This document shows positions 52,398 through 64,000 of a stretch of 64,000 bases of DNA, piece by piece. The first letter of the stretch is position 1, and each line of letters opens with the position of its first letter. The position numbers were made by a program, and so were the translations under genes. The DNA is from Tubulanus polymorphus (lineage: Eukaryota > Animalia > Nemertea). Below the pieces are notes generated by a model. That model saw only the letters and a list, made by a program, of their open reading frames with translations, made no database searches and was not told the origin of the DNA. The DNA lies in contig NC_134025.1 in the NCBI RefSeq assembly GCF_964204645.1, positions 14,260,001-14,324,000 of the forward strand, given 5' to 3'.

Positions 52398-52562
52398 GTA
52401 ACATTAGAACCACCATCATCAATGATGATTAAACTATGTTTCAATTTTTGCCACAATTTGAAAACAATCACATTGATAGCGTTTGATCACATTTGATATA
52501 GTTGACCATGAGGTGCTCTTATCAAGGAATTACCTTAGTTTTAGTGGTCTGGCACTTGAGTA

Positions 52563-53170
52563 CCGTATTTTCCGGCCAATAAGCCGATTTTCTAGCCTCA
52601 GATTTTTACCCAAAATATCGTGATCGGCTTATTGGGCGGATACGATCTGACATAAAAAATCACTTCCCGATCGATGCCACTCTAATGCTCTCAATGATCG
52701 TCAAAATCAAGAAAAGTGGTCGATATTTATTTGAGGTCATTATTTACTACCAATTATAATCTATTTTGAACTATTTTATTTTTACTTTGATTGTTCCATC
52801 ACCGCACAGCGGCAATGGTATACATTTATATAACGCGCGAGTTCATCGTACTACCACGTGTCAGTTCATACATTAGTATATATGCAAATCAGCAGTGAGC
52901 CGCGTACTGCGTGTATGGCTGTGTGTATAGTAATCAGCTGAGTGAGTCTATATATAGCACAGTCACTCGGCGATGATAGTATACACAGCACTCTCACACA
53001 TCGGCGGGCGCTACTGTCAGCCTCTTAAATCGTCAATTAAGACGAACTAATTGACAAATCAGTGAATAAAAATCTCTGATGAAGGGCCTCGGCTTATTGG
53101 GCGAAGCTTTATGAAATCCATGTATTTTAGGCTAAAAAACTGCCCTCGGCTTATTGGCCGGAAAATACGG
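52563..53170. mobile_element. Tc1/mariner-pogo-type MITE, TA TSD
   Basis: TA|CCGTATTTTCCGGCCAATAAGCCGA ... TCGGCTTATTGGCCGGAAAATACGG|TA; internal CGGCTTATTGGGCG repeats. Confidence 0.92.
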
Positions 53171-53379
53171 TAGTTTATATCATTACCCGATGGAGTCTTA
53201 GTATTATGCCCCCATTCGACATTAGTCAGGTGCATATATATTTTGACGTGTCTGTCTGCTGCAGCCATCGAAAGTGCGTAATCATAAACATCTATAACTA
53301 CTGAAGTATGTCACCTAGGATCATCAGGGATGAAAATCTTATATGGAAATGCGGATTTCTGCGTTTGGAGGTCTATTTT

Positions 53380-53830
53380 TATCATTCTTGAGATTGCTGT
53401 AAATTCCTTGAGAAATTGATGGCGGGTTAGGGAAAAGTTAAGAGTTTAGATTGTTGCACACTCAATGAACTGATCGTAAAAGTGTCTTATAAAATCGGTG
53501 CTACGATCTCTGAAATCTTTTTAACATCATTGCGAAACATCGTTGTTCTCTAGACCCACTGTCTGCGCATGTTCAACTAATCTAAAATATATACAAATGT
53601 TATAATGCTGCTTGGGAAATCGATATATAGAATCTGCATTTCAGTTCATCCAACAAAGCATAGCCTACGTGCTCAATAAAATTGATCATTGTTTTTATTT
53701 TAGGCACTATGTGCTTGTCGTGAGTGATAGATAAGAAGATTATAAGAGGCTCCTTTTTGGACTCTCAACTATTCATTGACAAGTGGATTTAGTATGAATA
53801 TGCCCTGGTGATTTGGATATTGTCAGAGTC
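53380..53830. repeat. Dispersed repeat, second copy at about 56642-56968 and a fragment at about 18150-18225
   Basis: Shared TATCATTCTTGAGATTG, CAACAAAGCATAGCCTAC and GATTTGGATAT.GTCAGAGTCATCCTT. Confidence 0.7.
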
Positions 53831-54586
53831 ATCCTTTTTATTGACTGCCTAGCGATGTGTGACTTATTCCTTTTCCCAAAATGGAACTTCCGATTATATC
53901 GACTAAGTCTCAATGTCCATGGACCTCTTGTTGAAAATAGAACTGCCCCTCAAAATAGCTCGACCATGACACACTTGGTGATTTTAACAATGATTTTGTT
54001 GAATCGCCTAGTATATATCTCCTCCAACACTCATGCACCAGTTAAACCGTATAAGTGCTTATTTGGTATGAATTAATTTGTCCCGTTTTTCAGTAACGTC
54101 ATTCCCTTTAAAATTCTAATTCGTACTCTATAATCCGTATTTTCACTTATTCCGTAGACAAATGCCGTTGTCCAATTTATATGTAGGCTAAATCCTTATG
54201 TGTAATCCGTATCAGCTGTCAGCTGTTGGGAACAAACACTTGAAGTGAAAAAAGGATAAACATCTGTAATCTAATGAGGTTAGTGTGGTCAGTAGGAAAT
54301 ATGAGAAACTCCAGAAAATACTGAGGTTAATCCATCAATGTCATAGTCTCAAGCTTCGCTATTCAGTACAGATGCTATTATCTGTCGATCAGCAAAAAGT
54401 CCTTTGATGAGTCGCCCTAAAGTATGGCCTGTGGGTTATCTGTACTAGACACACGATGGCTTCAAATAGTCCTACTCTACTGAAACTAGTTGGTTTGTGT
54501 TTCACACATGGCCTCCACGTGCGAGTGAGCACTAATCATTAGACTACTGCACACACACACGCTCGTACTACTACAGTAAACACTAC

Positions 54587-56109
54587 TGTAATGCACTTCC
54601 ATATGGTATTGGCAACGTGTGTGCGTGGGGGGCCAGAAACTTAAAAAAAATGAATTCGAATCACAACGAACTCTAACAATGAAATACAATATATATATAT
54701 ATATACGTTTATTAAGATGATAAGTAATAGAGCAATGAAATATTATCTAAAACCAATCACTAAACCGAACCATATTTCACCCAAGTTATACCAATCCCAA
54801 CCGTATTGTGTGACCAAATATCATCTCAAAATTAACCCAACTAGTTACAAAATATAAACTTTGATTGTTGCATTATTTCCTGAATAATTTTATCTAAGAA
54901 CAATTGAATTAAATTTTGAATTAAGATATTTGAATTAAAGATATTTGAATTAAAGATACTCAACAGTGTCCAAATACAATCGCGCTGTCAAACCGTAACA
55001 CGTTGCTCCTTGAGTAATAACGGAATTTGGAAATACGGAAGATTAAAGTTCTGTCCTGATCACCAACTAATCAACGCCAAAATACACGGAAATAGTACCA
55101 GTACGATAACCCAATAGTAGTTGAAACGAATTACGAACCTGTTTAGTTGAACCAATAGTCTAGTTGTAGACGATGAATGAACAAATCGATCTTCTGTATA
55201 TGACGATGATCACGAAATTCAGATCGCTTTTCAAATCGGAATAAACTCCATAAAACTTGCAAATCTCTACATGAGTATTGTAGAAAAAGTATGATTTTAG
55301 TAGTCGCATATCTTTACTACTGATATAAATTCGCAGTTATATATAAATTATCTAACTAAAACTGCTATTATAAAAGAATTGTTGCTATTGCAAAACTTCT
55401 CTTGTAGAAAAATACTTCACTTGATAACGGAATTTCCATCTTCAGTAATCCAGCTAACAACGATGAATGAAAATCCTTTCAAAAATCCATGACAAATCAA
55501 ATTGAATTCAGTGCAGCGATTAAGAATTAGTTAATCCTTTGATAGGAATAAAACTAAAATAGCGGGAAGCTGTGTGGCAACCCCTGCTGATGTTTCAAGT
55601 TCCAAAAAACAACTCTCATCCCAGTCTAACAGGATGTCACATGGCCTTCAAATTCGGAGAAATCTAAGTAGCACTCAGAAATAGTAAAATAGTTCAAACT
55701 AAAAATGATGAAATACATATCAAATATACCACCAAGTGTAGGTTCTGTGATGAAAGAATAAAAGTAACTAATTGGAAAATCTTAGAAATTTATGAAGATT
55801 ATTGAAAACCCAGAATTAATGAAATGTACCTATACAAAACATAGTACCATGCCTAAAAAGACTAATCAGCTGATACTGCAAAGCTGCGCCCCAACCATCG
55901 AATTTTGAGAATACGGCCAAACGGAGAACTCACCAAAAGGAGAACAGCAGTTTCCCACCCAAGATTGCAAATACCGGGTTAGATACAAATTCCCGGAAAA
56001 ATATACCAAGTATGTATCCTTTAGCTATTACTATATATTGTAGATTATATAAGTGAACTAATCCTATCTACCTCAATAGAAAATACACCTTAAATAGACA
56101 AGGGTCACA
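54587..56109. mobile_element. Probable Ty3/Gypsy solo LTR (1523 bp), 4-bp TSD CTAC
   Basis: TGTAATGC...GGTCACA with CTAC at 54583-54586 and 56110-56113; interrupts a repeat that is uninterrupted at about 22620-22660 (CAGTAAACACTACTATAGTGATACTGTAA). Confidence 0.75.
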
Positions 56110-56992
56110 CTACTATTTAGTGATACTGTAATAACACTGTTTGCAAGTGCGTGCACGTTTTGACATTTCATCAGCAGAAGATGAGCGGTGTGTTTTCTGC
56201 TTGATAGAATTTGTAATAAATTGTTATTTCCTGTGACCTGAAAATACTTAGCAGCAAACTATAGGTATTGGTCGAGGTCTGAATTTTTTAGTGGTATTAA
56301 AACGATCTACTGACATAGGCCGATTTTTAATTACGGTACCGGTATGTTTCGAAGCTTCTACGGCCATACATTGGAAAAGATGGTCAAGACTATTTAGCCA
56401 CCCTCTGATTTGTGAGATCATATGAATTTTATTCAAATATTGTTTCCAAAATAAATTTTGGATGTGGACCATAAACAAATGTGTTTTTGGCCTTGATTTG
56501 ACTACAAAATAATTATTTCATAAAGATAAAATGAAATAATAGAACTTTGAATTCACGAATTAATAAGATTTTTCATAAACAATGCCCTTGCCAAACAGGC
56601 TCCAGTTTTCACGGTAAACCACACTTTGCCCATCGGCAATTTATCATTCTTGAGATTGATGTAGATCTGTTGAGAAAATTATGGAGGTGGTGGGTGTTAG
56701 GGTCTAGGGGAGAAGTTGAGAGTTAGGTCGTAATAGCACTGTGCGGGAAATCTATATTTTGAATCGGCAGTCGCGCTTCAATTCATCTAACAAAGCATAG
56801 CCTACATGTTCAATAAGAGTAGTCATTGTTTAAATTCAGGCACAATGCGTTTGTCTTGAGTGATAGATTGGAAGATTATAGATAGGGCTCCTCTTGGGAC
56901 TCTACTAATTATTGTTCATTTTAGTATGAACATGTTCTAGTGATTTGGATATCGTCAGAGTCATCCTTAGCATGTACTCAAGACATAAACAA

Positions 56993-59900
56993 TGTCGTAG
57001 AAAGTACAGACTAGCGAAGATTCGATACCGAAATACCAACAACGGAGCCAGCAACGACCAGCGTATGATATGAAATGCACCCAGATTTATTCCTGAACAC
57101 GTATTTATACCTTGACACAATAACAAACAGTAACAATGATTTTGACCAGTACGGAGAGCATTTTGACTTAACAATAGAGGTAATACACACTTTAAATTCA
57201 GCTTATGATAAGGATTATCAGTTTTACAATGAGGTTTATACACAGTTTACAATGAGGTTTATACACAGTTTATCGAACGATATTTCCAACATCTTCCCGG
57301 CCGCGAGAAATACGCTCCATCGCGATTTTAGCAGCTTTGCGTGAGCTGCGTCGTTTCACAGGCATATTCGCACGCGCGTTTGGAATTATAAAAGTCTGTT
57401 CAGACAATTCACATTCAGAACGAATTTCCAGTGGATAGAGTTTATTAATCGGTCGTGACGTACGACCTGATGCTGTGCGAACTACAGCCGAACGAACTCG
57501 ATTATCCAGTCCACGATTCAAACTTTCAACTGCAGCTAACTTCCAATTGATACGTTTCGAGTCTGCATGTATTTGGACGACATCGCCAACTTTGATAACT
57601 TCCCAGTTATCACCATACGTTACGTGTCGTTCTCTGAGTGCTGTTAAGTACTCGTGTTGCCATCTGCACCAAAAGTGTTATTATTTGCGTGCGGCGGGCG
57701 TAGCGTGCATTTAACTGTGTAAACCATAGTCAGGGTCATTCAATTCATCCTCATTGATGATATGACGAGGCAAAGTCGTCAAACGTCGGCCATTCAATAA
57801 ATGAGATGGCGTTAACGGAACCAGACCTGGAAAACTCGAGGAAACAAAAGTTAGCGGTCTGTCATTAATTACAGATTCACTTTCAACAATTAAAGTTCGC
57901 AATTCATCGAAATTCACTTGCGCACGACCCAAGGCTTTCTTAAGACATAATTTTACGATGCCAATAAGTCTTTCCCAAAACCCACTATGCCAGGGGGCGC
58001 TTTTTGGGATAAAACGCCATTCTATATGTCTAGAAGCCATGAAATTCTTAATTTCAGGAGATCGGAATAATTTATCTAATTCATAAGATGCACAAATGAA
58101 TGTTGATGTGTTGTCGCTTATAACAATTCTAGGTAGTGATCGACGACCACAAAATCGACGAAAAGCTTGAATGAATGAATCTACGCCTAAGTCGGGCACG
58201 AGCTCTAAATGAATAGCCCGAGACACAGCACAAGTGAAGAGACATATATACGACTTCATTAATCCGCCCAAATTGCTTTTTACATTTAACGGTCCTGCAA
58301 AATCAATGCCCGATATTGCAAATGGGGGAGATTCATTCACTCTTACAGCTTGAAGTGGTGCTGAATCTGGAAGTTTGTACGGACGTCCAGATAGTATTTT
58401 ATAAACAAAGCATGTACGTAAAATCGATTTAATACGCTGACGTATACTGGGAATCCAAAATCTTTCCCGAATGAAACAAATAGTCTCCTCTGCTCCTTCG
58501 TGCATTATTACAGAATGAGCATGGAGTATATACAAACGAGTGAAATGTGAAAACTTGGGCAATAAAGCTGGAAACTTAGTTGAACTTGGCAATTGTGCAT
58601 TATGAATCCTCCCAGACAAACGCAAAATGCCACCCTCGTCTACGAATAATTTCAATTGTCTAGCAATTGCCGGTAGACTAGACGATCTCGAATTTAGTTT
58701 GTTAATAATTTGCCCAAACTCTCGTTTCTGACAACTAAGTACCCAATACTTTTCAGCTATTTCTAATTCATTCACGTCGATTTCATCAGTGTTAATGTTA
58801 CGTTTCATACATCTATCTACAAAGCGTTTTACGTATGCTGTTACCCTTAGTAACTTGCTAAGTGAGCTGTAACTCTCTAAATCGATTATCTCTGAGATAT
58901 CATTTTCAATGACGGTATCAATACTGTTTAAAACTTGAGCAATTTGATCTGTCGCTCATAACATTATTTACACAAACGTCAGTGGACGCGCGGTCTTGAT
59001 TAAACGGTTCATAACAACCAGAAATTCCGGCGATTAAATTAGGACCGTGCCACCACAAAACCGATTTATGGAGCATTTCTGCTGATACTCCTCTAGTCAT
59101 CAAATCTTCTGGATTTTCTGTAGTGTTTCTTTAGTGTTACAATAATGCCAATTCTCCATATTTACAAGATTTCGAATTTCAGCTACCCTGTTAGAAACAA
59201 AAACAGGAAGTTGCTTATTTGAGAATAACCAATGTAATACTTTCTTACTGTCAGACCAGAAGTAAATATCTAACCTTAATCCGTTCAATGAATTTTCGAC
59301 AAATTTTGACAATCGCGATGCGATTAGTGCCGCCAATAATTCTAGTTCTGGTATACTACGTGGTTTAATCGGGGCCACGCGATTTTTTGACATGATTAAG
59401 GATACATTTTCACCATATTTCAAATATGCAACAGCACCATAAGCTGCTTTACGTGCGTCAGCGAATATGTGGACCTCACATTGTTCCTGATTGCTAATTA
59501 CAGATTCACAATAACGACGCGCTAAATCTGAATCGAAGATCCGTTTCAAATTAGCATTGATAGCAAACCATTCATCTCTTAAATCGTCTGGTAAGGGATC
59601 ATCCAAATTAAATTTACCTTTCCAAATTTTTTGTATGAATATTTTGGCAGCTATTAATACAGGACTAAAAAAGCCGAGAGGATCAAAAACCTTTGCCGTG
59701 TTTCTGGTAACCTCTCGTTTTGTACACAAACCAATATTAACTGGAAGTTCACGAGTCGCCAATTTCAATGTATCAATTTGCGAATTCCAATTGATACCCA
59801 ATAATTTGACGACTTGGGTTTCACTTAGAACATTGTTGTTCTTGGCGAGATCGTAAAGTTCCGGACAATTGGTAATCCATTCTCGTAAATTGAAACCTGC

Positions 59901-61258
59901 GTCCAGTAATAGCGATCTGGAAATATCGAAATAAGAAACGATAGACTCGGTAGAATCAGAACCGGAATCAATATTGTCGACATAAATATTATTACGCATG
60001 TCATTTGATACGTTACCAGGTTTTTGTTCTAAATGGTACTTCAATGTAGCGCTTAGAATAAATGGCGAACTAGTTGCTCCAAAAAGTACTACTTAAAATC
60101 GATAGACCTGAAATTTACTTTCTGGGTCGGAGGGATCCGAGAGCCATAAGAAACGTACAAAGTCACGGTCGTCTTCATGAAGAATCACATGTAAAAATGC
60201 TTTTTCAATATCTGTACAGAAAGCATATTTATGCAATCGAAATCGATTCAAAATGGAACAAAGGCCATTAATCAAACAAGGACCTTTATGAAGACAATTG
60301 TTTAGACTCGGTTTACCATTCGCTCTGCAACTACAATTATAGACAATTCGAATCGGTGTTGTAACTCTCTCTTTAACTACTGCGTGGTGAGGTATGTAAT
60401 GACATGGCTTTTTATTCAAAACTTCCTCCTCGTCGACCAATTCAATAAAACCTCTTTCGATTTGTTTCTGAATTATCTCGTTATACTTGATAAGTGATTC
60501 AGATGTTAATCTGCGAGCCATCGATCTTGTTCTAGATCTACATATACTGTAATTATCAGGTAACCTTAAGTGATCAGATTTTCAAGGTAAACAGGCTATA
60601 TACCGGCCATCTTGGAATTCGATGTTATTTTTACAATAGTTATCATAAAAACAAATATCCGTGTCTTTCTCATCAGCAATGCCTATAGATTCTAATTTCC
60701 AATAATTCTCAAGATCAATATCTTCTTGGTCATGTGAAGTAATGACACTCATTATTTGGGCGTTAGAATCACACCCATTCATATAAGGACCTGATAATAG
60801 GTACCCTAGCTTCGACCAAACAGCGGTAGGACCTGTACCACGAATTACCCGGTCCCCCACAAACGACCAATAATAGTCAACACCAATCAGTACAGAAATT
60901 TCAAAGCAGTCCGAATCGACAGTTGTGTTGGCTAGTTTGAGACCTTGAAGGTAAGGGTATCTATTAACGGCCGATTCAACATTCGTTGTTAACGGAGATG
61001 CCAAAGCTGGATAAACAATAGCATCGACGGCAATTCTTTCACCAGTCATGGTTTCAACAAAAATACGCACTACATCTAGGTTTCTTTGACCTTGTTTAAT
61101 TGCACCAAAAATAGAAACATTGACTTTTTCTGACTTAACAATAGAGTTAATACACACTTTAAATTCAGCTTATGATAAGGATTATCAGTTTTACAATGAG
61201 GTTTATACACAGTTTACAATGAGGTTTATACACAGTTTATCGAACGATATTTCCAACA
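56993..61258 (-). mobile_element. BEL/Pao LTR retrotransposon 2, gag deleted, 5-bp TSD AACAA
   Basis: 3' LTR 56993-57291 with PPT-like GCGGCCGGGAAGA; partial 5' LTR about 61131-61258; AACAA at 56988-56992 and 61259-61263. RT (DIEKAF, YVDN), RNase H (FDPLG, WSDS) and integrase (GIDFAGP, SDN, GFWERL). Confidence 0.95.
57270..61135 (-). pseudogene. Disrupted pol of BEL/Pao element 2
   Basis: ORFs 60582-61157, 60093-60521, 59100-60044, 57711-58808 and 57270-57521 in protease-RT-RH-IN order. Confidence 0.92.
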
Positions 61259-61964
61259 AACAACGAACGATCAAGCGTGTGGCAGCAGTCTTATTTTGTC
61301 ATTGGAAATTGGGCCTCAGATGCGCCAAAAAACCTTGAAATTTCAAAATTTTTGTGGGGGAAGTCCCCAAACCCCCAATAAGGGGCTTCGCACCTTTGGT
61401 GCTCGCGACTGCTGGCTTGGAGAGGTTTGTCTTACAAGAGAATGCAGACTGGAATTGCCGATTGATGATGTTAGCTTTGTGCTGCTTTGAGTTCTGAAGT
61501 TTTCCTTGTTCTTTTAGCATTGCTTAATGCTTATGTTTAATTGCACCAAAAATAGAAACATTGACTTTTTCTGACTTAACAACAGAGTTAATACACACTT
61601 TAAATTCAGCTTATGATAAGGATTATCAGTTTTACAATGAGGTTTATACACAGTTTACAATGAGGTTTATACACAGTTTATCGAACGATATTTCCAACAA
61701 ACAACGAACGATCAACCGTGTGGCAGCAGTCTTATTTTGTCATTGGAAATTGGGCCTCAGATGCGCCAAAAAACCTTGAAATTTCAAAATTTTTGTGGGG
61801 GAAGTCCCCAAACCCCCAATAAGGGGCTTCGCACCTTTGGTGCTCGCGACTGCTGGCTTGGAGAGGTTTGTCTTACAAGAGAATGCAGACTGGAATTGCC
61901 GATTGATGATGTTAGCTTTGTGCTGCTTTGAGTTCTGAAGTTTTCCTTGTTCTTTTAGCATTGC
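61093..61964. repeat. 431-bp tandem duplication (61093-61523 and 61534-61964) with 10-nt filler
   Basis: Offset 441 throughout, 2 substitutions seen; filler TTAATGCTTA at 61524-61533. Confidence 0.93.
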
Positions 61965-62100
61965 GATGTCAGAGCTGTTGGTGTTTGGGTTATGTTATGG
62001 TTGTTGGTTGGCAGTCTGCCAGAAGTATGTTAAATTGCGGCACAAATTTTAGTGGTAATACTTATTGGGTTGTCTTCTATCGTGAAGCAAGTAGAATAGA
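61870..62100 (-). pseudogene. Short LINE ORF2 remnant (pre-RT region), partly duplicated at about 61430-61523
   Basis: IAMLKEQGKL....KANIINRQFQSAFS resembles the KAxILNxQFxSxF motif upstream of CR1-type RT. Confidence 0.55.
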
Positions 62101-64000
62101 TACGCAGAGGTCAGGCCAATAAGCTTTGAAAGGATGATGCAATATTCATCGATAAAAACGCGAAAAACAGCGGAAATTCTCCGCTTTCTATAAGTAACTT
62201 GCGTTGACCAATATTTGTGTTTCTGACGTGAATACGGGAAATTCTAGGAATTTCGGTGCCTCTGACGTAATTATGGGAGTAACAAAATGGTGAGCAATTC
62301 ATTTTGACATTCGTGCCGTGCTTAGTTCGCTTAAAGTTTGTTCATTGTGAGGATTATAATTGAGTCAGCTATCTAATTTAGTACCCCGAACTTAGTAAAT
62401 GTGGCCCTAGCTTGGATTTGTCTTGTCATTAACGGTCTATTAATCTGCTCGAATATTCATGTGCCATTTTGTAGGATTAACATTATCATTTTCCAGTCAT
62501 TGAAGAGTCTTATTATATGTTTATTTTAAATTTGATGCTCGTCGTTTTGAATCCGTCTCCCCACCTCTTGTATTGTGCTAAAACCTCAGATTCAATCGAT
62601 ACGCTACATCGTCAACATGCGTACAATCGAAGAGGCCAAAACCCGGCGCTGCGCTGATTGACATTAGACTGTTAGATTCTCTTTTGGTTTAGCGTTTATT
62701 TTATGAAGTAAATAATTATTGATAATGTCGATTACTGATGATATAGTTTACAGGATGAAAAGGTTAAGGTACACTGTCATAATAGAGTGCAAAACTGTCA
62801 TCAATTTATTCACTCAATCGCTGTGTATAAATCACCGCACAAATTTTAGCGGTCGATGCTTTTAATCAACATATGTTGACATTCTAATATAAGAATATGT
62901 ATAATATTTACCATAGTAAAAAACTCAACCGAAATATACCTTATGTGAAACCTAATTGTTTTTGGGCCTGCTCTGATTCAAGATGGCCGACTCCATCTAC
63001 TTTCAATGCAGAAACTTCCCGTATACAGGATAACTCGAAAAACCATTTGAGAAATTTTTATGGTATCTGTATGATATGAAAAGGAACTGTATTGTCCTGG
63101 GAACTTCTCCGATTCAAGATGGCCGACTTATGACCTACTTTCTGATCAAAATGGCATGTTTTGAACTGTTTATCAGTACGCTTTACTGCCACAATTCATT
63201 TTGCACATCCCTTTGGTGCCACATCTGATTCAACCAACGTTTCAATGGTCCCACAATTTTTTCATGTGACTCACTGCGCCCGAGAAATAAACATCTGTGG
63301 ATCTCTTGTTCAATTGTTATTGTCTTAATTAGCTTAATTAGTTCGTTTATTGACGATGAATTTGCGGTTTATTACCTTAACACTGTTCGCGTAGCAGCGC
63401 TGGTATGTAATCGATACGTATGTAATATATGTACATACATGTGGATGTATATGCTGTGCTATTTTGCACTCTCAATAATAGCGTGTATCATTAATATTGT
63501 CGTACGGTGTCTGTACCAGAGAAAGAAGTTTATAATTGAAATAAGTTTTATTAGGAATGCTTTATTATCGTGAATCATCATTTGAACTATTTCTGTGGCA
63601 ATTATGAATAAGCGTGCTCCTCTTTTAATTTCGTTAGATACCTCGTTAATGAATACTTACTTACGTGAAAAATATAAGTAGATTGGTAAAATCGATTTTA
63701 CGGCTCTTTCTTGCCACCGTAAATACTAACAAGTATGTTTTTTTAGGGCCTTTTTCTTAGCTCCACATACAAAAAATGGTTCTAGATCTTCTAGAATGAT
63801 AAATTTTCCGTTTTAAAAAACAGTAAATCACCAAAGTTTTGATATTTTCCGTTTCTTAACCTAAATTTGATCTATTTTCCGAAAAATATTCAGTCCAATA
63901 TTTTGAGCTTGAAATTTTTAAGGGACCGCATTAATTGAAGGGCACCCCCAAATGATAAAATATTCAACGTTTATTTGTTATAAAAAGATTTTATATGGCA

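Noticed and set aside
53325-55624. hAT element bounded by CAGGGATGAAA and TCTCATCCCAG
   Set aside because: The right end has mismatches, lies inside the solo LTR and has no matching TSD; other CAGGGATGAAA ends (51346, 20631) also have no partner I could verify.
61572-61699. Third LTR implying a tandem BEL element
   Set aside because: It is part of the 431-bp duplication, which also copies the flanking non-element DNA.

Overview
Eukaryotic (animal, probably invertebrate) genomic DNA. The window is mostly three very large introns of a + strand M16 (inverzincin, HXXEH) metallopeptidase gene of the C05D11.1/Sdd3-like type, with three clean exons at 14598-14680, 35997-36155 and 52188-52397. The introns are packed with nested, mostly decayed transposable elements: two internally deleted BEL/Pao LTR elements with matching TSDs, a Gypsy-type solo LTR, a 5'-truncated DIRS1-like element, a piggyBac fragment, LINE remnants, Tc1/pogo-like MITEs, TAYGG-ended elements, a tRNA-derived SINE and several Helentron-associated (HINE/DINE-1-like) families. 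Two finds are not evident from the ORF track. (1) A minus-strand tyrosine recombinase gene at about 26.1-29.5 kb, CryptonV-like, with zinc fingers, low-complexity repeats and seven 43-90 bp GT-AG introns, next to long tandem arrays. (2) A 9.9 kb TIR element (37537-47443, TTG duplication) encoding a divergent Zator-like DDE transposase. Family names come from motif recognition only; no database search was run.
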